A program made the position numbers and the translations under genes. A stretch of DNA of 64,000 nt, taken from contig CAVZFZ010000007.1 in assembly GCA_963774655.1 (NCBI GenBank), positions 324,085 through 388,084 on the forward strand. Reading direction: 5' to 3'. Source of the stretch: Bryobacterales bacterium. Its GTDB lineage: Bacteria > Acidobacteriota > Terriglobia > Bryobacterales > Bryobacteraceae. The notes below the pieces were generated by a model, which was not told the origin of the DNA, did not search any database, and saw nothing but the letters and a program-made list of their open reading frames with translations. This document shows, one piece after another, positions 50,347-58,581 of this stretch. How positions within the stretch are numbered: the first letter of the stretch is position 1; every line of letters begins with the position of its first letter.

Positions 50347-52080
50347 TTATGCTGTCATGCTGGGAATCCGGACAATGAACTCGGTTCCTTCGGACGCTCC
50401 ACTCTTCACTTCGATGCTTCCGTGGTGAGCTTCCACCACCCGCTTCACCAGGTTCAGGCCCAGGCCGGTGCCGTGCACCTGATTTCGAACGGCCAACCTG
50501 CCGCGAAAGAACGGCTCGAAAATATGCTCGCGCTCGTCGCCGGGAATCCCGGGACCGCGATCCTGTACCCGGACCTCCACTACTTCACGATCGTTCTCGC
50601 GCGACGTGGACGCTTCCACGCCAATCCACTTGCTCTCGCTGGATCCGTATTTCGCCGCGTTGCTCAATAGATTTTGAATCGCTTGCTTGAGCGCCTCGCG
50701 ATCCCCCAGGACGGGCGGCAGGGACGCTTCGAGACTTTGGTGCAACACGCACCCTTCCTGCTCGAAGATGGATTGCACGGACTGTGCGGCGTCGGCGATG
50801 ACTTGCGACACCGAAACCGCCTCTCGCTCGCGGATGGCGCGGCCGGCGTTTGCGCTGGCGAACTGCAGAACCTGCTCCACCAGGTCTTTCAGGCGTCCGC
50901 TTTCCTTCTGGATCACCGCTCCGTAGCGCTCCACTTGCCGCGGCTGATTCGCCACCGCGCCTTGCAGATTGTAAGCAGCGGTGTGGATGACGGTGAGCGG
51001 CGTGCGCAACTCATGCGACACGTTCGCCACAAATTCCAACTGCAGTTCCGCCAGCTTCTGCGCGCGCCGCGTGAACCGGATGAGCGCGGCCACCGTGGCC
51101 AGCATTAGCAGCAGAACTCCGAACGTCACCAGCGTATTCAGCCAGCGTGCGCGGTTCACCACGGCTTCGAGCGATCCAGCGCGGTTGCGTACATACATTT
51201 GCCAGCGAAAGCCGGGTGTAGGGCCGCGGCCTTGCGGGGAAAGTCCGGGAAGGCCGGGGGGCCTTCCAGCGTGCTCCGGACGGCCTTTGCCGCCTTCCAT
51301 GAATGGGCCAGACGCGGTGTGAAAGAGTCCAATGGAGGCGTCCGCGGTTTTCGTAAGATCGATCGGCTTGTCCCCATCGGAGCGATAAATAATGGAATCG
51401 GGCTTTGCCGAAGCGATCACTTCCACCTGATAGTCGAGATTTTCGCCGCTTCCCAGATGCCTTTGGATTGCCGCGGGCAGCACAGCGTCGCGAAGGTACG
51501 CGGGGTTGAGCTCGAAGATGATCCAGGCAGTTTCGCGGCGGCCCTCTTTCGCGAGGCCCCACACGGGCGCTTCAAACACAGGAGTATCCGACGAAACGGG
51601 GCTGCCGTCACCGTGATCCATATGTCCGCGACCATCGGAGGCGATGCGGCGTTCCAGTCTCGCTCGCAAGGGCGTCCATTCCGCCGGCCACTCGACGGTT
51701 TGAAAGGCGCCATCCTCGGGGTTCAGTCTTCGCAGCATGAGACCGTCAGTTCCTGGAAGAGCCAATCCTACTGCTCGAAAAATGCGCAGATCTTGCCCTG
51801 CCGATTTCGTCCGCCGGAAATTGGCCTGCACTGCGGCAGCTGCGTCGGAAGTGCCGTCGGGCGGAATCAGTGCCTGGCAAGCGCGTACGATCTGCAAATC
51901 GAAATCGCGGCTCAGCGCGTTCAGATTGTTCTGCAGGCTGGCCCGCAGCCGTTCGCGCGCCGCGACGCTGACCTGGCCGATCAAGCGATACTGCAGTGCG
52001 CCGAGCAGCACGCAGAACGCGAGAAGCGCGCCCATGAGCGACCAGGAAAGGATCGAGCGCCGCTGATTTTTGTCCATCAA
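50347..52080 (-). CDS. Membrane sensor histidine kinase
   Basis: Two transmembrane segments flank a roughly 270-aa periplasmic region. It has the H-box SHELRTPLTVI, NLLSNAAKYG, DRGPGIP and GTGLGLNLV. Confidence 0.85.
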   Translation of the reverse strand: MMDKNQRRSILSWSLMGALLAFCVLLGALQYRLIGQVSVAARERLRASLQNNLNALSRDFDLQIVRACQALIPPDGTSDAAAAVQANFRRTKSAGQDLRIFRAVGLALPGTDGLMLRRLNPEDGAFQTVEWPAEWTPLRARLERRIASDGRGHMDHGDGSPVSSDTPVFEAPVWGLAKEGRRETAWIIFELNPAYLRDAVLPAAIQRHLGSGENLDYQVEVIASAKPDSIIYRSDGDKPIDLTKTADASIGLFHTASGPFMEGGKGRPEHAGRPPGLPGLSPQGRGPTPGFRWQMYVRNRAGSLEAVVNRARWLNTLVTFGVLLLMLATVAALIRFTRRAQKLAELQLEFVANVSHELRTPLTVIHTAAYNLQGAVANQPRQVERYGAVIQKESGRLKDLVEQVLQFASANAGRAIREREAVSVSQVIADAAQSVQSIFEQEGCVLHQSLEASLPPVLGDREALKQAIQNLLSNAAKYGSSESKWIGVEASTSRENDREVVEVRVQDRGPGIPGDEREHIFEPFFRGRLAVRNQVHGTGLGLNLVKRVVEAHHGSIEVKSGASEGTEFIVRIPSMTA

Positions 52081-52175
52081 ATTCTTAGAATACGTCTTCC
52101 GGTGGCGATAAGCTCTGCTATGAGAGATGTCTGTCTCGAAGAAAAGGCTAGTTAAGTTTTGTTAAGTCGAACCAT

Positions 52176-52973
52176 CTACGGTCTTTGGGAGCCGGGAGGC
52201 GGACCACCCGGTCCGAAGCCTCGCACCGGCGCGGGAGTTGCATCGGGATCCACAGCGAGTGTCACCGTGCCGAGAAATCCTGCCGCGTTGGCGCCTTTTT
52301 CCAGGCGCGCCAGATTCAGCAAAGATCCGGCGCCGTGCTGGCCGGTGAAGATATGGTCTTCGGTTTGGAGCGTTCGATGGACCCGCAAGCGAGTTGCGTA
52401 CGGTTCCAGCTTTGCGATGTCGGCAGTGATCTCTTCGGGAAAGAAAAGCTGTCCGGTGTGAGAAACGTGACCGCCCACGTGAACCTTGAGATGGATGTGG
52501 ATCGCGCGGCCGGAATACCAACCCGGGTAAAGCGTGGCGAACTCCACGCGGCCGGCCCTGTCCGCCACCTGCACGCCGCGCAGAAATCGCGTTGGATCCA
52601 GGTCTCGCGAACGCATTGCGGGAGGAGGTCCGCCAGGGCGCGGTCCGCCAGGGCCAAAGCCACCGCCCGGTGGCCCATCGGGATTGTTCTTGACGAAACC
52701 CGAGTAAACGCCCAGCGCGTCGCAATGCCAGATATCCACGGAGGCGTTCTCAATGGGCTCGCAGCGTTTCGAGTCGACGAGTTGAATCCGCAGTTGCAGT
52801 GGGACTCCGGGCTTTCCCTCCGTGATATTCGGTCGCAAGGCGGCCTCATCGATGTAATAAGGGCCTTGCTCTTGCTCGGCGGCCAGCGCGCATGTTGGGG
52901 TTTCAGACTTAGCCGGCTTCCATGTCAGGGCAGTGGCTCCCGCCGCCAGTAAGCTCCTGCGAGTGAAGTTCAT
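52176..52973 (-). CDS. Intradiol ring-cleavage dioxygenase-like protein with Tat signal and Pro/Gly-rich insertions
   Basis: I chose the start MNFTRRSLLAAGA (twin-arginine). Motifs are QGPYY, DIWHCDALGVYSG and GRAIHIHLKV. Low-complexity stretches PDGPPGGGFGPGGPRPGGPPP and GFGPGGPPPG are present. Confidence 0.7.
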   Translation of the reverse strand: MNFTRRSLLAAGATALTWKPAKSETPTCALAAEQEQGPYYIDEAALRPNITEGKPGVPLQLRIQLVDSKRCEPIENASVDIWHCDALGVYSGFVKNNPDGPPGGGFGPGGPRPGGPPPAMRSRDLDPTRFLRGVQVADRAGRVEFATLYPGWYSGRAIHIHLKVHVGGHVSHTGQLFFPEEITADIAKLEPYATRLRVHRTLQTEDHIFTGQHGAGSLLNLARLEKGANAAGFLGTVTLAVDPDATPAPVRGFGPGGPPPGSQRP

Positions 52974-52980
52974 AACAGCT

Positions 52981-53392
52981 ATGATACGGGCCAGAACGTC
53001 GCGGGTCCCGTTAAGAAGTGTCAAGAGATTGCTCGACGGATATCTTGAATTCCGGGATGCTTTGACCAGCACCGCGCTTTCGCCGGTGCTAAGCGCGCAG
53101 ATTGCCCTGGTCGTGGCAGGACAGCCGCGAAGCCCGGTCGCCAGATGGCAAGGTGGAAGCCGTGTTGCGATTCGCGCGCGACGTGACGCCGCGCAAACGA
53201 CATTGGACGCTCGACGAATTGCGAGGGAACGGCTGCAGCGATGCCGACATCGTCGAGATCATCGCGCAGGTCGCGCTCAACAATTTCGAAAATTATCTGA
53301 AGCGCTTTTCAAATGCCGGGCGGGGACGTGAGAGCTGGCTTACCGGTCGCTTACGGGTCTGTGAAAAAACCAAAAAGGCACCGGCTCCCTAA
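52981..53392 (+). pseudogene. AhpD/carboxymuconolactone-decarboxylase-like fragment (frameshifted, CxxC region not recognisable)
   Basis: LLDGYLEFRDAL...AQIALVVAG lies in one frame, and EAVLRFARDVT...SDADIVEIIAQVALNNFENY in the +1 frame. The junction is near 53130. The tail runs into the REP cluster. Confidence 0.4.
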
Positions 53393-53718
53393 CGGTCGCG
53401 GCTCGGTAACGTCCACAAAACACGAATCCTCTTTCCGAGCCGCGACCGTGAGGGAGTCGGTGCCTTAGGTTTTTTTCGCAGATTCGGAACGGAAAGAGTG
53501 TTACCGAACCGCGACCGCAAGGGAGCGTAAAGCAATACAGCAGGGCTCGTGGTAGCGCTCCGTTGAAGACGCAGTAGGGCGGACTGTGGCCGACGCCCTC
53601 GTCGGCCTGCGGATACGAATCCTGAGAGCGGCCGGGGAGCGACCAGGGGGTCACTTGCGTCTTCATCACCTTTGGTGGGCCGCAGGCCCATGGTCACTCC
53701 CTTGCGGTCGCGGTTCGG
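53339..53718. repeat. Composite REP cluster: R-B arms plus a long R-A element with an 80-bp insert
   Basis: Shares GGGTCTGTGAAAAAACCAAAAAGGCACCGGCTCCCT.ACGGTCGCGG with 25367-25420. Shares CGTGGTAGCGCTCCGTTGAAGACGC and CTTCATCACCTTTGGTGGGCCGCAGGCCCATGGTCACTCCC with 49399-49638, in the same orientation. Confidence 0.85.
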
Positions 53719-53781
53719 TAACACCTTTTCAGGCGCTGCTCCCTTCTGCGCCGAACGCTGGGGATTGCTAATCTTGGCTCA

Positions 53782-54651
53782 GTGGATGTACCGCATTCCA
53801 TCCAGCGCATTGCGCCGCTACCGGGAACTGCGCTGGCACTGCTGAACAGAATTCCTCCGCGGCCCAGCGAGGTCTCGCAACTGAAAATTCTGTTCGATCA
53901 AGAACCGCTGCTGGTAAACGCGATCGCTCAGGTTGCCGTTGCGTCCGAGAAATTCGATGCGGGAGAGCCGCCGGTATTCAGCGTGCTGCTTCAGAAAATC
54001 GGCGCCACCGAGCTGATGGAGATTGCCATCACGCTGCTGGTGCGAGGCTATCTGCAGCGCGCACTGAATGTCGCGGAAGACGAGCGCTATTGGCGTTATA
54101 CGCTGGCCTGCGCAGTCTGTTGCGAGGAAATTGCATCGCCCGGCGAAGACAACCGCTTGATCGCCTACGTGGCTGGATTGCTGCACGACATCGGCCGGCT
54201 GGCTCTGATTGCGGCGTATCCGGATAAGTACGGAAACCTGATGGCGCTGATCGACAGAATGTTCCGGGAGAATCCGCTCTTCAACCTGCTATCGCACGAG
54301 AAGATGCTGTTCGGGATGGATCACTTCGCAACTGGCTCGTGGCTGGCGTCGAAATGGGAGCTGCCGCCCTGGATGCGCGCTATTACTGGAAAGTTCAATG
54401 AGGCTTCTTCGGGCCCATATCGCCCGCTGGTGGTCAATATCCGATCGGGAACCAGCCTGGCCCACTCGCTCGGTTTCGGATACATTGAGTCCGCTCCGCG
54501 CGCCGAAATAAAGGATATTCTTGGCCAACTTCCGGCTGTCTGGCAACGTTGGCAATCCATCAATGAATGGAAACTCGGGCAGGAATATATGCGCTCCAAG
54601 ATTGAAGCGAAGTTGAACCTCTACGCACTGTCGGTACCGGAAACCGACTGA
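53782..54651 (+). CDS. HDOD domain protein
   Basis: LLHDIGRLALIAAYPDKY and FGMDHFATGSWLASKWELP are typical HDOD motifs. GTG start. Confidence 0.7.
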   Translation: MDVPHSIQRIAPLPGTALALLNRIPPRPSEVSQLKILFDQEPLLVNAIAQVAVASEKFDAGEPPVFSVLLQKIGATELMEIAITLLVRGYLQRALNVAEDERYWRYTLACAVCCEEIASPGEDNRLIAYVAGLLHDIGRLALIAAYPDKYGNLMALIDRMFRENPLFNLLSHEKMLFGMDHFATGSWLASKWELPPWMRAITGKFNEASSGPYRPLVVNIRSGTSLAHSLGFGYIESAPRAEIKDILGQLPAVWQRWQSINEWKLGQEYMRSKIEAKLNLYALSVPETD

Positions 54652-54776
54652 CTTTCCCCCGAGACTTAGTCTCACTCCCCCCATTTGCGGGTATTGTCAG
54701 TCCTCGCCGTTTGTATATAGTTGGCGGCGCAGCATGCCGATGAATGACTTACCGGCAAGGAGAGATCGTCTAAGGA

Positions 54777-55652
54777 ATGTTTCCCATCATAGGCATAGTC
54801 GTCGTGCTCGCCTGTATCGCGGGCGGTTACCTGATGGAAAAAGGCAACTTGCTCGTACTGATGCAGCCGGCTGAACTCCTCATCATCTTGGGTGCGGCCA
54901 TTGGGACGGTCTTCATTGGAAACCCGCCGCATCTTTTAAAGGCGATCATCACCAGCCTGCTCGGGGTGTTCAAGGGTGGGCGTTACACCTCTGCCATTTA
55001 CCTGGACACCCTGCGTTTCCTGAACGACTTCTTTGCGACGTCGCGCAAGAACGGCTTAACCGCACTGGAGAAAGATCTGGACGAGCCCGCCAACAGCGAG
55101 CTGTTCAAAAGGCATCCAACGTTCGCCGCCAACCATCACGCGATGCATTTCTTTTGCGATACCATGCGCACGTTTCTGGCCGGGGGTGTGGATGTACACG
55201 ACCTGGATCAGGTGATGGAGACGGATCTCGAAATCCACCACAAACAAAGCCGTTTGCCTGCGGGCGCTATCAATACGATGGCGGATAGCCTGCCGGGACT
55301 GGGCATTGTAGCCGCCGTTCTTGGAGTAGTAATCACCATGGGTTCCTTGGGTGGGCCGCCGGAAGAGATCGGACACAAAGTCGCTGCCGCCCTAGTGGGC
55401 ACTTTCCTGGGCATTCTGCTCTGCTACGGATTTTTGGGGCCGATCGCGGCGAATATCAAAAAACAAACCGACACCGAGGGCGATTACTTTCTGTGCCTCC
55501 GCATGGGCTTGTTGGCCTATATGAAAGGCGTTTCGCCGATCTTGGCACTCGAAGCCGCCAGGCGCGCCATTCCTCACCACGTTCGTCCGACATTTCTTGA
55601 AATGGATGCCGCGTGCCGCAAAGCACCGGCGGCGGTGAAAGAAGCGGCGTGA
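54777..55652 (+). CDS. motA: Flagellar-type stator protein MotA (MotA/TolQ/ExbB channel family)
   Basis: 291 aa. MFPIIGIVVVLACIAGGYLMEKGNL..., and a C-terminal channel region ADSLPGLGIVAAVLGVVITMG...GTFLGILLCYGF. Confidence 0.8.
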   Translation: MFPIIGIVVVLACIAGGYLMEKGNLLVLMQPAELLIILGAAIGTVFIGNPPHLLKAIITSLLGVFKGGRYTSAIYLDTLRFLNDFFATSRKNGLTALEKDLDEPANSELFKRHPTFAANHHAMHFFCDTMRTFLAGGVDVHDLDQVMETDLEIHHKQSRLPAGAINTMADSLPGLGIVAAVLGVVITMGSLGGPPEEIGHKVAAALVGTFLGILLCYGFLGPIAANIKKQTDTEGDYFLCLRMGLLAYMKGVSPILALEAARRAIPHHVRPTFLEMDAACRKAPAAVKEAA

Positions 55653-56464
55653 GCGCGAAGGCCCAACAACCACGTATCGTTATCGTTCGCAAAGTTGTGG
55701 GCGGCCATGACGACGAACACGGCGGGGCTTGGAAGGTGGCCTACGCCGATTTTGTCACCGCCATGATGGCGCTGTTCATTGTTCTGTGGCTTCTGAGCGC
55801 GAGCGAAAAGGTGCAGAAGGCGGTCGGTGGGTATTTTCAAGATCCTACTGGAAAGGGCCGGCAGACCGGTTCCACGTCGGCCGGCGTGGGCGAGACGCTC
55901 ACACTGAATCAGAACCAACTGCAGCAGTTGAAAGAGAAGCTGCAGCAGGCCATGAAGCAGATCCCGGCGTTTCAGAACATGGCGAAGCAGATTCGGATGA
56001 CCATCACCGCCGAGGGATTACGCATCGACTTGCTGGAGACCCAGCGTGGACTTTTCTTTGAGACCGGGAATCCGAGACCGACTGAAGCGGGGAGTGTACT
56101 GCTAAGACTTCTGGCTGGGGAATTGGTAAAGCTGCCCAACAAAGTGGCCATCGAAGGCCACACCGACTCCACGCCATTCGGACGTACGGATTATTCGAAC
56201 TGGGAGCTTTCGGCTGACCGAGCCAATTCGGCGCGCCGGATTTTGACGGCTTCGGGAGTAACCGATGACAGGATCAGCCAGGTTCGCGGATTCGCCGACC
56301 AGCGGTTGCTCTTGAAAAATGAGCCCGAGAATCCGTCCAATCGAAGGATATCGATCATCGTTCGAAATCTGGGGTTGGATCAGCAGGAAGACAGCTCTGC
56401 CCAAACGCAAGTGGAGCCCGCGAAGAAGGAAGCACCCGCGCCGGAATGCGCCGCAAAGAAGTAA
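55649..56464 (+). CDS. motB: MotB (OmpA-like peptidoglycan-binding stator subunit)
   Basis: The GTG overlaps the motA stop (GTGA). It has the plug/TM region WKVAYADFVTAMMALFIVLWLL and the OmpA-like VAIEGHTDS...NWELSADRANSARR. Confidence 0.8.
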   Translation: MSAKAQQPRIVIVRKVVGGHDDEHGGAWKVAYADFVTAMMALFIVLWLLSASEKVQKAVGGYFQDPTGKGRQTGSTSAGVGETLTLNQNQLQQLKEKLQQAMKQIPAFQNMAKQIRMTITAEGLRIDLLETQRGLFFETGNPRPTEAGSVLLRLLAGELVKLPNKVAIEGHTDSTPFGRTDYSNWELSADRANSARRILTASGVTDDRISQVRGFADQRLLLKNEPENPSNRRISIIVRNLGLDQQEDSSAQTQVEPAKKEAPAPECAAKK

Positions 56465-56500
56465 CCGAACCGCGACCGCAAGGAAGCGCTACCACGACAG
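56464..56500. repeat. REP-like element, family R-A single arm
   Basis: ACCGAACCGCGACCGCAAGGAAGCGCTACCACGACAGCAGC, starting at the motB stop. Confidence 0.8.
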
Positions 56501-56525
56501 CAGCTGAGCGTCACGCTGGTAACTA

Positions 56526-56554
56526 TTGACAACGGCATATCCCATTGTTACTAT
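56526..56554 (+). promoter_or_regulatory. Candidate sigma70-type promoter
   Basis: TTGACA (56526-56531), a 17-nt spacer, then TACTAT (56549-56554), upstream of the RHH gene. Confidence 0.35.
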
Positions 56555-56679
56555 TTTCTTGTCCGCACCTCACGTAATATCGTTCGATATTGCCTGCTTT
56601 CCCGAGCGACGCCCCGGATTTATGATTAGCCTGTAACGTCGGCGGTGGTAGCTTGCCCTCCCTCATACGCAAGAGCAAA

Positions 56680-56979
56680 ATGATCAGCTTTCGTCTCTCG
56701 GCCGAGGAATACCAGAGGCTGCGGGAAACCTGCGAGCTGCAGGGGATCCGCAGCCTTTCCGATTTGGCGCGCACGGCGATGCAGGAATTGATCGATTCCG
56801 GCCGGCAGCCTGCTCCTTTATCGGATGAGGTGCGGGAACTTCGAAATCGCGTGCGAACGCTCTCCCTACAGATGGATCGGCTTGCTCAAAAGCTGGACAA
56901 CAAACCAAGCGAGTGCGCTGAAGCACAAAAGGCACCGACTCCCTTACGGTCGCGGCTCGGAAACAGACAGCGACCGTGA
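56680..56979 (+). CDS. Ribbon-helix-helix (CopG/Arc-like) small protein
   Basis: MISFRLSAEEYQRLRETCELQGIRSLSDLARTAMQELI is RHH-like, followed by a coiled-coil tail. The last ~15 codons lie in an R-B hairpin. Confidence 0.55.
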   Translation: MISFRLSAEEYQRLRETCELQGIRSLSDLARTAMQELIDSGRQPAPLSDEVRELRNRVRTLSLQMDRLAQKLDNKPSECAEAQKAPTPLRSRLGNRQRP

Positions 56980-56992
56980 GGGAGTCGGTACC
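56929..56992. repeat. REP-like hairpin, family R-B, between convergent genes
   Basis: AAGGCACCGACTCCCTTACGGTCGCGGCTCGG...CGACCGTGAGGGAGTCGGTACCT. Confidence 0.85.
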
Positions 56993-56996
56993 TCTG

Positions 56997-57437
56997 CTAA
57001 ACCGCTGCCATCGTCGTGGGCTCCCTGCAAATCGCGATGATCTCGGCGGCCAATTCCAGCCATTCATCCAGATCCATGGGCTTGGCTCTGCACAAACGCG
57101 CGCCCAGGCGGCGGATCTCCGCCTCGTCACTCGGGCTGGGCATGCTACTCAATGCCACCACGTGCACATGCGCCAGTGTCGGCTCCTGCCGGATGCTCCG
57201 CAGCACAGCTTTGCCATCATGCCGGGGCAAGTGCAGATCCAGAATGATCACGCACGGTTCTGGCTCCATCGGGGAAATTCGTTGGCTCTGTACGAATCGG
57301 ATGGCTTCTTCGCCATCGCGAAGCAACTCAAGATGGTATTCCTCCCCGTGATGGTCGAGAGCCAGCCGCAGAAGATGTACATCCGCTGGATTGTCTTCCA
57401 TTACAAGAAGTTGCGCAGGGTTTTTGTAATGTTTCAC
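56997..57437 (-). CDS. Single-domain response regulator (receiver only)
   Basis: LLVMEDNPADVHLL...CVIILDLHLPRHDGKAVLRSIR...VVALSS...KP. Confidence 0.8.
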   Translation of the reverse strand: MKHYKNPAQLLVMEDNPADVHLLRLALDHHGEEYHLELLRDGEEAIRFVQSQRISPMEPEPCVIILDLHLPRHDGKAVLRSIRQEPTLAHVHVVALSSMPSPSDEAEIRRLGARLCRAKPMDLDEWLELAAEIIAICREPTTMAAV

Positions 57438-57501
57438 GCCCGGTTAGACGCCTGCGGGGAAGATGTGTTACGGAAAGTGAGAGATTGTGAAACGTCGCTG
57501 A

Positions 57502-58461
57502 TTATTTCACCCAGGCCATGCCATCGGGCGAACTGGTGGAAATTCTGCCACTTACCGACAGGGTTTTAAGATCTACTACAGCCACGTTGTTGTCGCCGTT
57601 CACCGCAACATATGCGCGCAAGCCATCGGGCGCAATGAGAATCCCTTCCACGCCGCGTCCCAGCTGCATGCGTTTGATCTCGCTCTTGGTGGACGCATTC
57701 AGCACCACAAGTTCGCCGGCTTCGAGATCGGAGATCAGAACCAGCTTTCCGTCCGGCGTAAACTTCAAGCGATTGGAGCGCTTGGTTCCAAGCTGCAAAG
57801 TCTGGATTACCTTCTTAGACGCGATATCGATGATGGAAACTCCGCCATCGCGCGAGTGTGAGGTCCAGATTTGGGATTCATCCGGAGAAATGTCCATGGC
57901 TTCCGGACCCTTGCCCACCGGGACCACGGTTTCATTCCAGCCAGCGGCGCCGGCGCGCTCGATGATGCTGATGGTGTCGGATCCGATGTTCGCCGTGAAA
58001 ATTTTGTTACCGTCTTTGCTGACCATCACCATGTGCGTGGTGTTTTGGCCCGTGCCAAGCAGCCAGTCTACCTGATTCGCCACCGGATCGTAGCGTCCGA
58101 TCAGCTTGTTGACCTCCGCGGTGAAGTAGACCTTGCCGTCGTAGAAAAACATGCCATGCGGCCGGCGGAGCGAACCGAGATCGACTTGCCGGAGTACCTT
58201 TTGACCGACAAGATCAATCACCGAAATGGTGCTGCCAGGATTCTTGGCGCCATAGTTTCCGACGAATGCCAGTTTCCCATCGGAAGACGCCGCCACTTCG
58301 TGCGGCCCTTCGCCGGTGGGGGCGCGGCCCACGATTTTCAGGGTCGAGGGATCGACGATCGAAAGCATTGCTTCTTCCTTGTTCAGGATCAACAGGGCCG
58401 GCGAGGGCATTTCCGCCGCGATTGCTGTCGCGGCTAGGGCAAAGAACAGAAGGCATCTCAT
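57502..58461 (-). CDS. Secreted beta-propeller protein (YncE/YVTN-like)
   Basis: Signal peptide. Repeated units resemble G.GPHEVA.S.DGK.A.V.N....TISVID. Confidence 0.7.
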   Translation of the reverse strand: MRCLLFFALAATAIAAEMPSPALLILNKEEAMLSIVDPSTLKIVGRAPTGEGPHEVAASSDGKLAFVGNYGAKNPGSTISVIDLVGQKVLRQVDLGSLRRPHGMFFYDGKVYFTAEVNKLIGRYDPVANQVDWLLGTGQNTTHMVMVSKDGNKIFTANIGSDTISIIERAGAAGWNETVVPVGKGPEAMDISPDESQIWTSHSRDGGVSIIDIASKKVIQTLQLGTKRSNRLKFTPDGKLVLISDLEAGELVVLNASTKSEIKRMQLGRGVEGILIAPDGLRAYVAVNGDNNVAVVDLKTLSVSGRISTSSPDGMAWVK

Positions 58462-58490
58462 CGTGAAATTAATATACCAGTGCGTTCGCT

Positions 58491-58581
58491 TGTGGGGCAG
58501 GATGACATCCTGCAGCGGGTTGTTAACCCGCGCTTTTTGCGCCGATTGGCAATCGGCGGCAGGTTGCCAACCCGCCCCACA
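58491..58581. repeat. About 90-bp four-hairpin element, family Q4
   Basis: TGTGGGGCAGGATGACATCCTGCAGCGGGTTGTTAACCCGCGC..GCCGATTGGCAATCGGCGGCAGGTTGCCAACCCGCCCCACA. The inverted copy is at 63420-63508. Confidence 0.85.

Noticed and set aside
53340-53771. Short ORFs inside REP clusters, with recurring peptides such as LPNRDRKG, PYGRGSV, TEPRPQGSA and MGLRPTKGDEDA. Similar ORFs occur at 49458-50063, 5312-5590, 9266-9487 and 60717-60953.
   Set aside because: They are translations of palindromic repeat arms. The same peptides recur wherever the DNA repeat recurs, in both orientations.
54777-56464. MotA/MotB homologues considered as ZorA/ZorB of a Zorya-type defence system.
   Set aside because: MotA here is 291 aa with no long C-terminal tail, MotB has a standard OmpA domain, and no ZorC/D/E-like genes are adjacent.
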